From the NCBI RefSeq assembly GCF_000143415.4, contig NW_003314284.1:1284693-1348692 (forward strand): 64,000 nt of DNA, written 5' to 3'. The translations under genes were made by a program, and so were the position numbers. This DNA is from Selaginella moellendorffii (lineage: Eukaryota; Plantae; Lycopodiophyta). The first letter of the stretch is position 1; every line of letters begins with the position of its first letter. Positions 25,360 to 37,771 of the stretch are shown here, in pieces. Below the pieces are notes generated by a model. The model was given only the letters and a program-made list of their open reading frames with translations. It was not told the DNA's origin and did not search any database.

Positions 25360-27595
25360 ATGGCCGTCGCGGCGCCATGGCGCGCATTCCCATTCTCTTG
25401 GCCGCGCCCTCGAATGCGCGAAATCTCGCATTCTTGTGCTTGCTCGTCGGCGACGCTGCTCCAGATAGAGGATTCATCCGAGGCAAATCGGGCAGCAGTA
25501 GCAGCGGAATCTGAGGAACAGCCGGCTAAGAAGGTACCGTTCTTCCCCAAGCGAGGCCAGGAGCTGGAGCTCGTCTGCGAGAGCCTGGCATTCAAGGGAC
25601 AGGGCGTGTGCAAAGTTTTGGAAACCGGGTATGTGGTCATGTGTGATAGGGCATTGCCGGGAGAACGCTTGATAGCGCGCATCACCAAACGAAAGGGAAG
25701 CTATGCAGAGGTATAAGAGAAAGAAGAAAAATTCTCTGACAGTGTGGGATCGTCTTACGCTGGATGGTTTTGTTTTCTAGGCTCTAAAATTGCGGACGAT
25801 CGTCACACACGACAATGCAGTAACTCCACCGTGCAAATACGCTGAAAGCTGCGGTGGCTGTAGAACACAAAACTTATCTTATGAGGCCCAGCTTGCTGCA
25901 AAGGAAGACCAAGTCCATCAGCTCATTTCACGAGTCGGGAGGTTTGGGAGGAGTGAGGAGTCCGGCAGTGGCAGCTACTTGAAACCGATTTTCCCTTGTG
26001 CAAATCAGTACCACTACAGGAACAAGGTGAAATTCTCCTCTAGCATAGAGGCTTAAAACGCTGAACGTTTTCCTGACACAGGTACGCAGTCCCGGTTGTT
26101 TCCATTCAGGCGTTCTGACGTGCACTTCCCTTAGATGGAGTTCTCATTTGGAACTCGATGGCTGCCACCCAACGAGTTTGTGAAGAACCAGTCACCAGAT
26201 ATTAAGGAGGACTTTGCGCTTGGGCTCCACGTACCTGGGAGCTACGACAAAATCCTGGACATTAGAGAATGCCTTCTGCAACATGACGTTGCGAACCAGG
26301 TGAGCGGGACTGCCAAGATGCTGTTCTACTTTCTTATGGCTTTTTCCTTTTTTTTCTTCTCAAGATACTCTTAGACGTGCATACGTTTTGCGAAACTCAT
26401 CGGAATGATCTTTCAGCATATGATACAAAGACGCATAGCGGGTTTCTTCGTCATCTCACACTGAGATCCGGCCAGTAAGTCTGTGAGTGATACCTCTCGG
26501 TCTTGCCTAATACGTTTTCACCTAGTGACGAACACACAGGGAAGCTGCAAGTGATGGTTAATATCGTAACTTCGGTGCACCATCCCCGTATGATAAAACC
26601 ATTGATAGAGAAGCTTGTAACTTACTCTGAAGTGGTAGGTACATTTCTTTTACATGCTTTTGTATTTTGTTCCTGATGTCCAACTTGCAGACTAGCATTG
26701 TTAATAATGTGACATCCTCAATGGCCAACACAGGGGTTGGTGAAAAACAGTATCTTCTGTATGGAGCTCCAGCCATTACGGAACGTTTGCGTGGCCTCGT
26801 TTTTGAGATTTCTGCCAACTCTTTTTTTCAGACGAACACATCACAGGTAAAATCTAGTCTTAGATTTTGTTGCGCAATCTAACTCAATATTCTTCTGTAG
26901 GCAGAAGTTCTATATGAAGTTGTGGAAAAAGCATGCAACTTGACGGAGGCCTCTAGCGAAATGAATATGCTGGACTTGTTTTGCGGCACGGGCACTATTG
27001 GCCTCTCAATGGCAAATAAGTAAGATATAAACTGTGGCTGTTTTTTGTTGAATCAACCTCCATGTGTAGGGTCAACCATGTTTATGGCTACGAACTTGTC
27101 CAGGAGGCTGTTGCGAACGCCCGGCGCAATGCGAACAGAAACAACATTTTAAACGCGACATTTATTCAGGGAGACCTGAACAAACTTACTTCCGGATTCG
27201 GAGGAAATTTTCCTCGGCCTGATATCATTATTACTGGTTGGGTTTTTTCTCAATGTAGTGCTGTTTGGAATGTTCCTGATGAAAAGAGTTACATTTCTCC
27301 GCAGATCCGAATCGACCTGGCATGCATCCGAAGTTACTACAATTCATCCTGAAGTCCGGCGCTGCAAGGGTAGTGTATGTTTCCTGCAATCCGGCAACAT
27401 GTGCTCGGGACCTTGACGTGCTATGTCACTCCAAGGTAAGAGATGCCGTGAGAACTATCTCCGCTTATTGTTCCGCTTCTGCAGGATGGCTCCGATTTAG
27501 CTGGTGGCTACCGGCTTCTAAGCGTCCAGCCTATAGATATGTTTCCCCATACGCCACACGTCGAGTGTGTCTGCGCGTTGGAACTGAGCAATTGA
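25360..27595 (+). CDS. TrmA/RlmD(RumA)-family RNA (uracil-5)-methyltransferase with TRAM domain, probably organelle-targeted (multi-exon)
   Basis: TRAM-like ELELVCESLAFKGQGV...ALPGE, CKYAESCGGC Fe-S motif, YRNKMEFSF, SANSFFQTN, LDLFCGTGTIG, DPNRPG, YVSCNPAT and DMFPHTPHVECV. Confidence 0.92.
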
Positions 27596-27987
27596 CTCGC
27601 TCCTTTGAGGGGAGACTGCTTGGTATTCTCTCGTGATGCATCTCCCCTGGCAGTGTCCGAGGACGGACGGACAACTCCCGAGATGCCCGGCGGAGAGAAT
27701 GCGAGTATTTTTCAGCTGCTGGCTCCATCAGGATACTGTTGCCCGTGCGCCTCGGGGATTGTTATTGGTTTTCTGGAGAATCTGCCGCGGCCAACTCCCT
27801 CTCAGCCACGTTAAGTACCGAATTATTTTTTACATTAGCAGGCTGTCAACAGGATATTCTCGAGTTTTATAAATTCCGGGGATGTATCAAGTGACAGCAG
27901 TGTGAAGTCAACTTTTGCAGCCGGGACAGTGGCATATGTATAGCCGACCTCGACATATATTGTAGATGCATACAGAGCGCAAGTACA

Positions 27988-29497
27988 ATGGATAGTCCAA
28001 AGTTGTTCCAGGACGAGCTATGGTCGCTGATGCAGGAAAGTGATATGGGACCTCAGTTTCGGTTGGAGGAAATGGAAGACTCCGACATTAATGATGATGG
28101 TCTTCTAGATTTCTCGGAAGAAGCTTCATCCAGCAGCACTGAATTCGCCGACAGCAAACTTTGGTCTGGTCCCCAAGTGGGCAACACACTTAAAGCCATC
28201 GATGTAAGCTGCTCGGCTTTTCCATTGATCGATCTAATAGTTCTTTCTTTTACAGACCTCAAATATCAAGGACGAACGCAGACATCTTACTCCAGTATGC
28301 TCTCCGAATTGGAGCTCGTTGGGCAAGCGAGACCGCAGTCAAGAACTCAAAGTTCCAGGGAAGCTGTCATCTAAGGACAAAGCGCCCGCGAAAGAGTCCA
28401 AGTGGGCTTTGCAGCTGCTCAACAATTGTGTTCAGGCAATTGCAACCAACAACGTACAACGGACACAGCATTTGATGTGGGTGCTCAACGATCTGGGATG
28501 TCTCACCGGTGACGCGAACCAGAGGCTGGCAGCTTACGGTCTCAAGGCTCTGTTCGGGAAAGTCGCAGGGACGCCAACCGCCGCTCAAGCATATCATCAC
28601 AACTTGGACGCAAGTGCCACTGCCAAGAACTTCCACAACGCCCTGCTCAAGTTCCACGATCTAAGTCCGTGGCACCAGGTGGTCTACACGGCGACAAGTG
28701 GAGTGCTACTGGATGCATTCGAAGGGAAGGACGCGATACATGTCATCGACATCGGACACTCTCAGGGGACTCAGTGGCCTACATTGATAGAAGCTCTTGC
28801 GACAAGACAGTCGGGGCCTCCGAGCGTTTTCAAGCTCACCGTCGTCGAAGATCCTTGCTCGGGGCTCGGCTCTGGCTCCGAGGTGAAAAGCAGGCTGGAA
28901 AGGTTCGCGAAGGTGATGGGACTCAACATGGAGCTGCGGATGCTCGTTACACCGCTGCATTCTCTCACTCGGGACGCGTTCGCGATCGCCAAGCCCGACG
29001 CCCTGGCGGTTTGTGCTCACTTCCGGCTCAACCACATCGACAGCAGTCAGAGACAAGAGTTTCTAAACTTTGTCCGCGTGGAGCTGGAGCCCGACCTGGT
29101 GATCGTTGGCGAGAACGACTCGGACAACACGTCCGCCGACTTCTCCACTGTTGCTGTCGAGGTGATTGGGCACTTTTGGAGCTTCCTCGACTCGATGAGC
29201 GGGGCTTTCAAAGGACACGAGTGCGAGGAGCGGCAGATCATGGAGCACTTGTTCTCCACGTCCGTGGTGGCGAGGCTGGCCAGCGGCATGGAGCTGAGCG
29301 AGAGCCGCGAGAGCTGGAACGCGAGGATGAGGAGTGCCGGATTCGAGGCCGAGGCTCCGCACGACGAGATCGTCGAGACCGCCCGGATGCTGGTGAAGAA
29401 GAACGACGTGAACTGGGAGCTTCGGAACGAGGATAATTGCTTGGTTTTGCTGTGGAAGCACCGGCCGGTTACCTTCTGCTCGGTGTGGAAATCGTAG
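27988..29497 (+). CDS. NSP1: GRAS transcription factor, NSP1 type; exons 27988-28203 and 28256-29497
   Basis: WALQLLNNC...GDANQRLAAYGL, LLKFHDLSPW, HVIDIGHSQGTQWPTLIEAL...GPP and LLWKHRPVTFCSVWK match the NSP1 subfamily. One 52-nt phase-0 intron. Confidence 0.85.
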
Positions 29498-29679
29498 AGT
29501 TTGTTCTTTATCATAAGAAAAACAAAAGAGAGAGTGACGCTACAAAGTTGATAAGATCAGCCTTGCCAAGATTTGGATCTAGAATATTATATTAGCAAAG
29601 ACAAGCACTGAGGAGCTAAGAAGCATCATAAAACGATGGGCTTGTGTCATGAACCACTTTCATATACATTAGTTTTAGA

Positions 29680-30330
29680 TGCGATGGACTTATCCAGCGA
29701 ATATCCTCACCGCCTGCCCAAAATCGGCATCTCCCGGGCCTTTGCTTGGATGTTTGTTGTTTTCTGTGTGTCATCCTTGTCTTTGGCAATGTCTCTGGCA
29801 ATTAAATCTTTGCTTTCCCATGATGGTTTAACGCCCACTCATTACTAGCTTGAGCTCACAAAGTTTTACTTCATTCATTTCCAAACTCAATTCCATGAAA
29901 ACAAATGAAGCTTTAGATATACATTTGTTTGCAATGGAATTTTACCTTTTCTCCAATATCCTCACTTGCATATTCATCTCCCAGGTCTTTGCTTGGATGT
30001 TAGTTGCTTTCTGGGCAAATAAATATTTGAAAATGGCTCAACGCCACACAGATCCCAACTCATTACTGGCTTGAGCTCACAGACTTTTTCTTTCATTTCT
30101 AAACTCAATTCCATGAAAAACAAATGGTTTGAGATAAGATGGAATCTTTTACCTTCTCTCCAATATCCTCACCCACCGCATTAGAGCATATGCCCAAGTT
30201 GGGCATCTCTCAGAACGTTTGTTGCTTTGTACAAGCACTGTCTGTGTCGTCTTTGTCTTTGGCGGCTAATATCTCGGTCAAACAAATCTTTCTTGTCTTG
30301 GGAGATTGTGATGGTTTAACGCAACTGCTG
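29680..30330. repeat. About three imperfect tandem copies of a ~210-250 bp unit
   Basis: aatatcctcac occurs at ~29700, ~29955 and ~30162. cactcattact.gcttgagctcaca and aaactcaattccatgaaaa occur in copies 1 and 2; gatggtttaacgc occurs in copies 1 and 3. Confidence 0.75.
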
Positions 30331-30453
30331 ATCTTCCCATGAACAAGAGAGTGTAGAGAGTGTAAGTCGGTAGGTCTACCCCCTTGGTCCCTGTGATCCA
30401 GACATGTATTACAAGGAACGCACTGATCCAAATGGGCGAGACGAGCAAAAAAC

Positions 30454-32649
30454 TCAGTCGCTCTCGTCCCCGGACGAGCTCTCTGGGTCCGAGTCGCTAA
30501 ACCTCATTGGAAAGCGCACCACCTTCACCGGTGTATCGTCCGGAGGAGGCACCACGTCCACCACTTCGGCAGCCTCGGTCTCGTTCTCCATCCTTGCTCC
30601 TCCTCCCGCTGGCGCCACTGGCTGCTTCTTGCCGGGCGAGCGAGCCTTCTTCACCTTGGAGTCCTTGGCCGGCCTCACGCATCCTCGAAGCTTGAACACG
30701 GCCTTAAACATCACCTCGCCCGGGCTCCCATCCGCCGACTCCTTGAGAGCGTTTTTCAGCACGTCGAAAGCCTGTCCATTGCCCGTCCTCTCCAGCCCCT
30801 CCAGCACCGTCCTGTACAGCTCCTCGTCCGGGTACACGTCCTTGTTGAACATAAACTCGAGCAGCTTGCACGCGTCGTCCAGCTTGTCCCCGCGGCAGAA
30901 GGACGTGATGAGCGCCTTGTAGATCGTCAGGCTCGGGTCGCACCCCCTCACGATCATGTGCCGAAAGAGCTTGTAGGCCACCGGCAGCTTCCCGATTCGA
31001 CAAAACGCCAGGACCAGGGGCTCGTACGACTTCACGTCCGGGACGCTCCTCCGGTTGAGGTCGCTGAAGTAGAGCATGGCCGCCTTGATCATGTCTCGCT
31101 CGCACAGCATCTCGATCACCACGTCGTACATGGCCAAGTCCGGGGTGAAGTTCACTTCCTGGAGCTTCTTGAGGGCGCTGACGCACGTCTTCATCGGCTT
31201 GAGCCGGAGGAAGCCGTAGACTGTGTTGGAGGTGGCCTGGAACTCCACCCGAGTGTGAAACTCCCTGTGCATCCTTAGTACCAAGTCGAGAGCGTCGGTC
31301 ACCCGGTCGGCCCTGGCCAGAGCCGAGACGAGCGCGCTGCCAGTGATGGAGCCCGGCATACAGCCGCTCCGCAGCATCTCGTCGAGGAGGATCATGGCCT
31401 GGTCCACCCGGTTGCCATTCGAGAGCGCCTGCAAGAGGATGGAGTACGTCACCGTGTTGGGAGCCACGCCCATCCTCTTCATGCACTGGAACAGGTTCCA
31501 CGATTTCTCGGCCGCGTCCCGGTCGCCTTTGTTGCAAAGCAGCTCCAGCACCGCGTTGAAGCTCAGCACCGACGGGATCCTTCCCCGGTCCATGAAGTCG
31601 TGCAGCAGGACATGAGCATGGCTCAGTTCCTTCCTCCGGCAAAACTCGGCGATGAGCAAGTGGTAAGTCACGTCGTCCGTGGGAAACCCCTTGCCAACCT
31701 CCATCGAGACAATGAGATCGTAGGCCTCGTAGACATATTGCTCCTTGGACATGGTCCTCACCAAGAGCTGGTAAGTCTCATCACCGGGGCTCTTCATCCT
31801 GTGAAAGTACCTGAGCGACAGTGGCAGCCTTCCTTGCATCTTGCAAAGGCAAACTATCACCGCGTGGAGAAGATCATCGCCAACTTCCATCCTCCCGTCC
31901 AGAGCCTCGTTCACGAGCGAGAGAGCCGTCTCGAAGTTCGACCGGCAAAGGGGCCGGACGAGCAGCGCCAGCGTCTCTCCATCCGGTGCACACCCCCCTC
32001 TCGCAAACTCGGGCCTCTTCATCTTCTCGTAGAGCCGCAGAGCTTGATCCAAGTAGCCCCTCTTGACGAGCATTTCCACGAGACCATTGTAGAGCACGGT
32101 GTCCACCTCCAGTCCCGGCTGCTGGAGAGCCCACTGGAAGAAATGCAGCCCGGCCGAGCAGTTCCGGACAGCCCCCATCACCCTGAGCACGATCTTCTGC
32201 TTGAGCGGCCGCTCCAGCGGCTTCCAGGCTCGATCCAGCTCCCTCACCACGGCCGCCGGATCAACCTGGCGATTGACGATGCTCACCTTCTTCCCGGCGA
32301 CTGTGAGCACCGGCGACGCCGCCTCGGTCGCCTCGAGCAGCCTCCTCACCACGCCCTTGGCCTGGTTCCTGGCACGAGTGATGTAGTAGGACTCCGCCCT
32401 GGTGCCCTGCTGGACCACGAATCCTTCCTCCACCGGCAGGGCTCCATCGGGGCAGCGCTTTACCGCGAGGCGGAGATTGACGACCGGGAAGAGCTGATTG
32501 ACGACGCGGCCCTGGTGCCGCGACATCTTGGCGCCCGGCGGGACCAATGCCGCCCACGGCGGCATCTTGTTGTGGGCGAGCTGCCAGCATGATACCGTGC
32601 CGCGCGGATGGAGCAGCAGGAGCTCCAGCGCCCGGCGGCGTCGCAGCAT
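30454..32649 (-). CDS. P-class pentatricopeptide repeat protein, intronless, ~731 aa
   Basis: Tandem 35-aa PPR motifs (DTVLYNGLVEML, PNTVTYSILLQAL, PDVKSYEPLVLAFCR, PSLTIYKALITSFCR) and FFQWALQQ. Confidence 0.92.
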   Translation of the reverse strand: MLRRRRALELLLLHPRGTVSCWQLAHNKMPPWAALVPPGAKMSRHQGRVVNQLFPVVNLRLAVKRCPDGALPVEEGFVVQQGTRAESYYITRARNQAKGVVRRLLEATEAASPVLTVAGKKVSIVNRQVDPAAVVRELDRAWKPLERPLKQKIVLRVMGAVRNCSAGLHFFQWALQQPGLEVDTVLYNGLVEMLVKRGYLDQALRLYEKMKRPEFARGGCAPDGETLALLVRPLCRSNFETALSLVNEALDGRMEVGDDLLHAVIVCLCKMQGRLPLSLRYFHRMKSPGDETYQLLVRTMSKEQYVYEAYDLIVSMEVGKGFPTDDVTYHLLIAEFCRRKELSHAHVLLHDFMDRGRIPSVLSFNAVLELLCNKGDRDAAEKSWNLFQCMKRMGVAPNTVTYSILLQALSNGNRVDQAMILLDEMLRSGCMPGSITGSALVSALARADRVTDALDLVLRMHREFHTRVEFQATSNTVYGFLRLKPMKTCVSALKKLQEVNFTPDLAMYDVVIEMLCERDMIKAAMLYFSDLNRRSVPDVKSYEPLVLAFCRIGKLPVAYKLFRHMIVRGCDPSLTIYKALITSFCRGDKLDDACKLLEFMFNKDVYPDEELYRTVLEGLERTGNGQAFDVLKNALKESADGSPGEVMFKAVFKLRGCVRPAKDSKVKKARSPGKKQPVAPAGGGARMENETEAAEVVDVVPPPDDTPVKVVRFPMRFSDSDPESSSGDESD

Positions 32650-32737
32650 TCGCTCCTCCTCGCGGCGCCCTGCCAAGACCTATCATAAGAACCCTAAACC
32701 CTCGCATTGTCTTACACGAACTTACTCTTCTTCGTTA

Positions 32738-34107
32738 CTAGAACTTGAGCCATTCTTGGTAGTACGCGCACGTCTTTGGAGAAATGATTCCATTGGGCGA
32801 GCACTCGTGGATCACCTGTGACAAAATCACGAGCATTGAGAGAATGAAAACAATGGAAACAAAGAGAGAGAAAAAAGAGTTTCCGCAAGAACTTACGGGA
32901 CAAACACCGCAAGGCACATTTGTCATCGCAGACGAGTCGGAAATTCTAGATTGTGAGGCACGGTAGACCTGCGTGAAAAGAAAAAGTAGCAAGAAATGAA
33001 TCCAGATCCTACTACGTTTTGTAAGACTTACTCCAGTTCCAACTTCATCGACTTCTCCATCGAGCACCAACATATCCAAAATCTACCAGTCACAATGAGC
33101 GACAGCGTCGAAAGCTTGGAATTTGTTTCACCTGTTTGATATCTTTAAGGCTCAGATCGTTCGAAAGCCCCGACTTCCTTGTGAAGTTTGCTACTTGATC
33201 TACATTGGCACCGCCAGCCTTGGAAGAACATTCGTGTAAGAAGAAAGAAATCGAAAGAAATTCATAGCTTACTTGCTTGGCGATGAACTGGTGGCACTGC
33301 TGCTTGAGAAGATTGACGAACTCCGCATCAAACTCTTGGTTTTTGTAAAAGCTTCCACCAGTCAGCTTTGCCGAGGGCTCCAATTCGGCGAGAATGTAAA
33401 CCTTCTTGCCTTTCTACTCAAGGGAGAACTTCAATTCAGCTAGCAAGATTTCTTGAAAACGAAGCTGCCGCGACTTACTTGCGTAGTAGGCACAGGTTTG
33501 ATGAGCTTTCGAACTTCCAGATTTTTTATGGCTTTTGTCACTTGAGGCTGCTGCAAGTTCGTCGAGAGCTTTATCTCTTTCGTCCATATTCCTGGCCATC
33601 ACAAGAGCAACCAAGCTTTAGGAATCCACAATTTTTCCATCGATACCGTCGTTCTTCGCAGCTTGGATCGCCTGATACACCAGCAAATCTTCCGTTTGTA
33701 AGCCTTTCAGCCTGTATCACACTCAAAAGTTTAGACGCCTCAAAGGAAAAGAGATCATACTTGGTGGCCTCTTCGCGAGATTGTTCCCTGTAGAAAAGCT
33801 GCCCATCCTTATTCAACAATTGCCACTGGCCCTGCGGATGAGAGGCGAATAAATCCGAGAAAAATCATCGCTTCAAGAAAAAAATCCTCACTTTTTGGAG
33901 AAGAATGTTGATTGCTTTGACGCGAATGTCCACCGATACATCGCTCATTTTACTCTCAATCACATTCGCTCCCACGCCCTGATCCACGATCCATGCTCCA
34001 GCATAAGCAAAGGAAAACATTCATAGACGAAGTACCTCTTGCGAGCCGCGGCATATTTCCAGCAATCGATTGAGCGCCGCGGCGATGGCCGCGCGCTCGT
34101 CCGCCAT
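32738..34107 (-). CDS. RPC6: RNA polymerase III subunit RPC6 (C34/RPC39), multi-exon
   Basis: EPSAKLTGGSFYKNQEFDAEFV. C-terminal PCGVCP|VIHECSPNGIISPKTCAYYQEWL Fe-S motif. Confidence 0.9.
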
Positions 34108-34224
34108 GGAGAGGACAAAACAGAGTCCCTGCCAAAACCCTAACCCTTGGCTTTAGTTTAAAGGCCTCTTAACGCTTCGAACGATTCTCTTGTTATTACC
34201 TCAACAACCAGCCAATTCAAAGGT

Positions 34225-35475
34225 ATGGATTCCGGAGTTCCTGCAGTCCAATCCCTCGTCGAAAATGGCACCGCTCATGTGCCACAGCGTTTCGTGCGGC
34301 CGATTCACGATCGCCCATCCAAGTTTTCCTCGCCAGATCTCGATGACATCCCAGTGATCAACGCCTCGCAGCTGAGTGACAAGATCGAGCTCCAGAAGCT
34401 GGATAACGCTTGCCGAGAATGGGGGTTCTTCCAGGTAATCTTTGATTAGCATTCCTCCCGCTTTGTTCTCGAATCTTTCGTTCTTGGATCGATCTCTCTC
34501 TCTTTTCTCGGTTTTGACTTGAGAGTTGAGACTAAAAGTTTGAGATGCCCTTGTAGCTCACTGACCATGGAATTCCACGGGCGCTGATGCAAAGCGCCAG
34601 GGGCGTAATTCGCGAGTTTTTCAGGCTGCCACAAGAGGAGAAGGAGTCGTACACGGCATCATCCACAAAGCTGCGGAGAGAAGGATATGGACGGTATTTC
34701 TTACCTTCCAAAGACACCGTGCTCGACTGGGGCGATGTTTTCTTCCATGCTCTCCCGCCTGTAGCACTCCCATGGCCTGTTCATCCAGCAGAGTACAAGT
34801 AAGATAAACAAACTCTCTCTAGAAAAAAAATATTCACCTGTGTGTTCTTCCAAATTCGTTTCCAGAGAAACCATCCAAGCTTATGGAGCTCAAGTCCGCT
34901 CTCTCGCATTGAAGCTCCTCGCTGCACTGTCGAGAGCCCTCGGCCAGCCCCCGGAGCTTTTCGGTGACGCCTTCGGGCCAGACGCTCATTCATCGCTGAG
35001 GATGAATTACTATCCACCTTGTCCGGAGCCGGATCTTGTGCTGGGATTAAGTCCTCACTCGGATGGCGTGGGAATCACCATACTGCTCCAGGACGAGGTA
35101 GAGGGTCTCCAGATAAGAAAGAATGGCGAGTGGAAGCCTGTGAAATCCATGCCGGATGCATTCGTCGTCAACATTGGAGATATACTAGAGGTAACTTAGA
35201 GAGTAACTTGCCTTTCCATCTTTGAAGTTGCCGTGGTGTCGCAGGTGATGAGCAATGGAATATATAAGAGTGTGGAACACCGAGCCACTGTAAGCTCCGG
35301 AAATGCACGAATGTCGGCGGCTTTCTTCTTTTCACCCGGCTTTGAAGCGGTTCTCAAGCCCTTGGTGCCGGACGAAAAGCCTCTCTTCAGGGAGCTTACT
35401 TTCCGGGAGTTTATCACCGCGTATATGGGCAATGCGCTCAACGGGAAGCAACACCTGGAATATGCAAAGCTGTAA
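34225..35475 (+). CDS. 2-oxoglutarate/Fe(II) dioxygenase, DOXC class (4 exons)
   Basis: ACREWGFFQ, LRMNYYPPCPEPDLVLGLSPHSD (HxD), DAFVVNIGD and YKSVEHRA...RMS. Confidence 0.93.
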
Positions 35476-35702
35476 GCCAGAAGAACTATGAAAACCAGGA
35501 AAGATAATAAGTAATATCATGCCGCCTAACTAATGTTTGATCACTGGAAGTATCCAACCATACTCAAAAGTCAAAGAAAGTCAATGAAAAATCAACGTAA
35601 CCAATCCAAAGTCAACAAAGCTCAGACAAAAACTGTTGTGACTTCCATTGAGCTCAACTCTTGAACGCTCCCTCACATTTGAGATGAGATATCTATACTT
35701 GT

Positions 35703-37771
35703 TTAAATTAATCCTTTGAAAATTGCATATGCTATAATATGTGCTGAGAGCCTCTCATAATCCCCTCTGAATATTGTGCCCATTTTAAACCATAAATCTC
35801 TGTGTTCCTGATCATAATATATACCACCTGCTGCAATCGCCTTGACCACAGCATCGCCTATTTCATCAGCGCTGGCTCCCAAGGCCCTCTGTACGTTGGG
35901 AGAGTTTATCAGCTTCTCAAGAGCTAGACATCTCTTCCTCGTCCCATCTGATGCAATAAAAATGCCTCTCTTGTTCCGATATGTATCACGATTTCCGTGA
36001 CTATTTAGAGCTAAGGTGCCTGCAAAAACAGCTTTAGTAAATACTTCCAGCAAGCAAATATAATTCATGTCACTCACATTCTTGTGACGTTTTGCGATCA
36101 ATGTCTAGAGCCAAGTGATCCTCAAATATCAGCTGCGCAAAACAACACACAAGAGAAAAGGAAACAAATCAGAAACACATTCCAACGAAAAAACCAAAGA
36201 GAGTGTGCGTACGTGAACAATGTAGACGATCATGGCACCGAACGGCACCTCGTTTCTCAGTTGTTTCGGGCCGCCGTCAAAGTAATGCTCCGGAACTCTG
36301 TACTCGAAGTTGAAGATTAAAATCAGCCCTCTCCATGCCAGCTCCCTTATTTCTCCCAGCTCGGACTGCGAGCAAGGGACCCCATCCGGCTCCCACTGCG
36401 CGTTCCTGCACACCTGCACGAAATGGCCGCTACAATCCTTGCCGAAAACGGCAGCGGCGGCACGGTAGAGCTGGCGCTCGTCGCTGCTTCCCACTGCCAC
36501 CGACTGTGCGTGCTCCACGATCGACTTGCCCGTCGAGCACAGCGTCTGGAGCTCGGCATGGTCGCGCTGCCCCTTCTTCGTCAGTGTCCAAGTGTAGATC
36601 AGACGGCCAACTTGCAAGCTTGCATCCGTGAAGTCCATAACGTATGGAACCTCGCGAGGCCTGTGCTGGTAAACGAGCGACCTCCTTTGAACCCAGCGCT
36701 CCAGAGTTACAAGAAGGCTTTTGTCCCACTCGAATGTGGGAGTCACCTCCTGCCAGAAAAACAGAAAAAAGAAAAGAATAAGAAGCCTGTTGAGTCTCAT
36801 CTGTGTTTTGCAAGTCGAGCTAAGGATCTTACCTCCAACACCTGACGGACGCCGGCGGTGAGGTCGATCGACTGCCACTCTACCATCGGAAGTTCCTTCA
36901 AGCAAACGTTATAGACCCTGTCGATGGGTGGCAGATAGAATCCTTAAACCTGTATGCGTGCACTGTGTCTAGGAAGAAGAGCAAGAGGTTGCCAAGGTGC
37001 CCCCCGCCGCCGGCTTTGGCTTGAGCTTCGAAAGCGTCGAGCCATTCGAACGGCTGCTTGTTTGCTTGGATCTGGAGCTGCAGCCACGCCAAGAAGAGCA
37101 CGCAAAGTTCCTGGCTCACTTCAAACAGGCGCATGGCATCCAGAAGACATGTTCGCGTCGAGAAAGTACAGGGAACTCTAGACATGAGCGACACAAGATC
37201 TGCACAGACGACTGGTTAGAAGTGAAATGGAAAAGAGAGAAGCCATACATGTAATTCCTTCCGCTGAAGACATCGCTTCCGTGGCTGGCGTCTGAATGTC
37301 TCTCGCCTTGAGCTGCGAACAAAAGACAAAAAAGAAACAAGCTCTTTTACCGATTTACCACAAGAAATCTCGAGAACTCACCTCTTCAAGCTTCTGTACA
37401 GCGTAGTGGCAAGGGAGCACGAAGGACAGTAGTTCCCGGCCACCGTAACGTTGCTGGTTGGAGCAACCTCGCTGGCGATAGTCGGCCGCGATGAAGAGGT
37501 GCAAGAAAACCTCCGGGACGGGAACCCGGAGGACGTGGGCGACTGCCACAGTCCAGATCTTCCACTTGAGCTCCGACACAGTCGACTCATCCATATCGTA
37601 GAACCACGACGCCCCTGGTGAATAATCCAGCTCCAGCGCTAAGCGCTGGAATGCCCCTGCCACCACTCCCAGCAATCTAGTGCCTATGCTGCTTTGGAAC
37701 CAATCGGTCACGATCGACCCACGCGCGGATCCCATCCCACCGCTGGAGTCATTTCCTCTGCCTGAGTCCAT
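35703..37771 (-). CDS. Unknown lineage-specific multi-exon protein, possibly pseudogenised
   Basis: Long coding-like blocks with GT-AG introns (for example GAAT|GTGAGT...TTTGCAG|GCACC) that are conserved in the copy at 15.2-16.8 kb. No domain recognised. Confidence 0.5.

Noticed and set aside
30404-32821. Long overlapping ORFs (e.g. 31600-32592 +, 30704-31642 -); similar ORFs at 28669-29514, 3976-4770 and 5025-5921
   Set aside because: Shadow frames of GC3-rich real genes (PPR, NSP1, P450), with no independent motifs.
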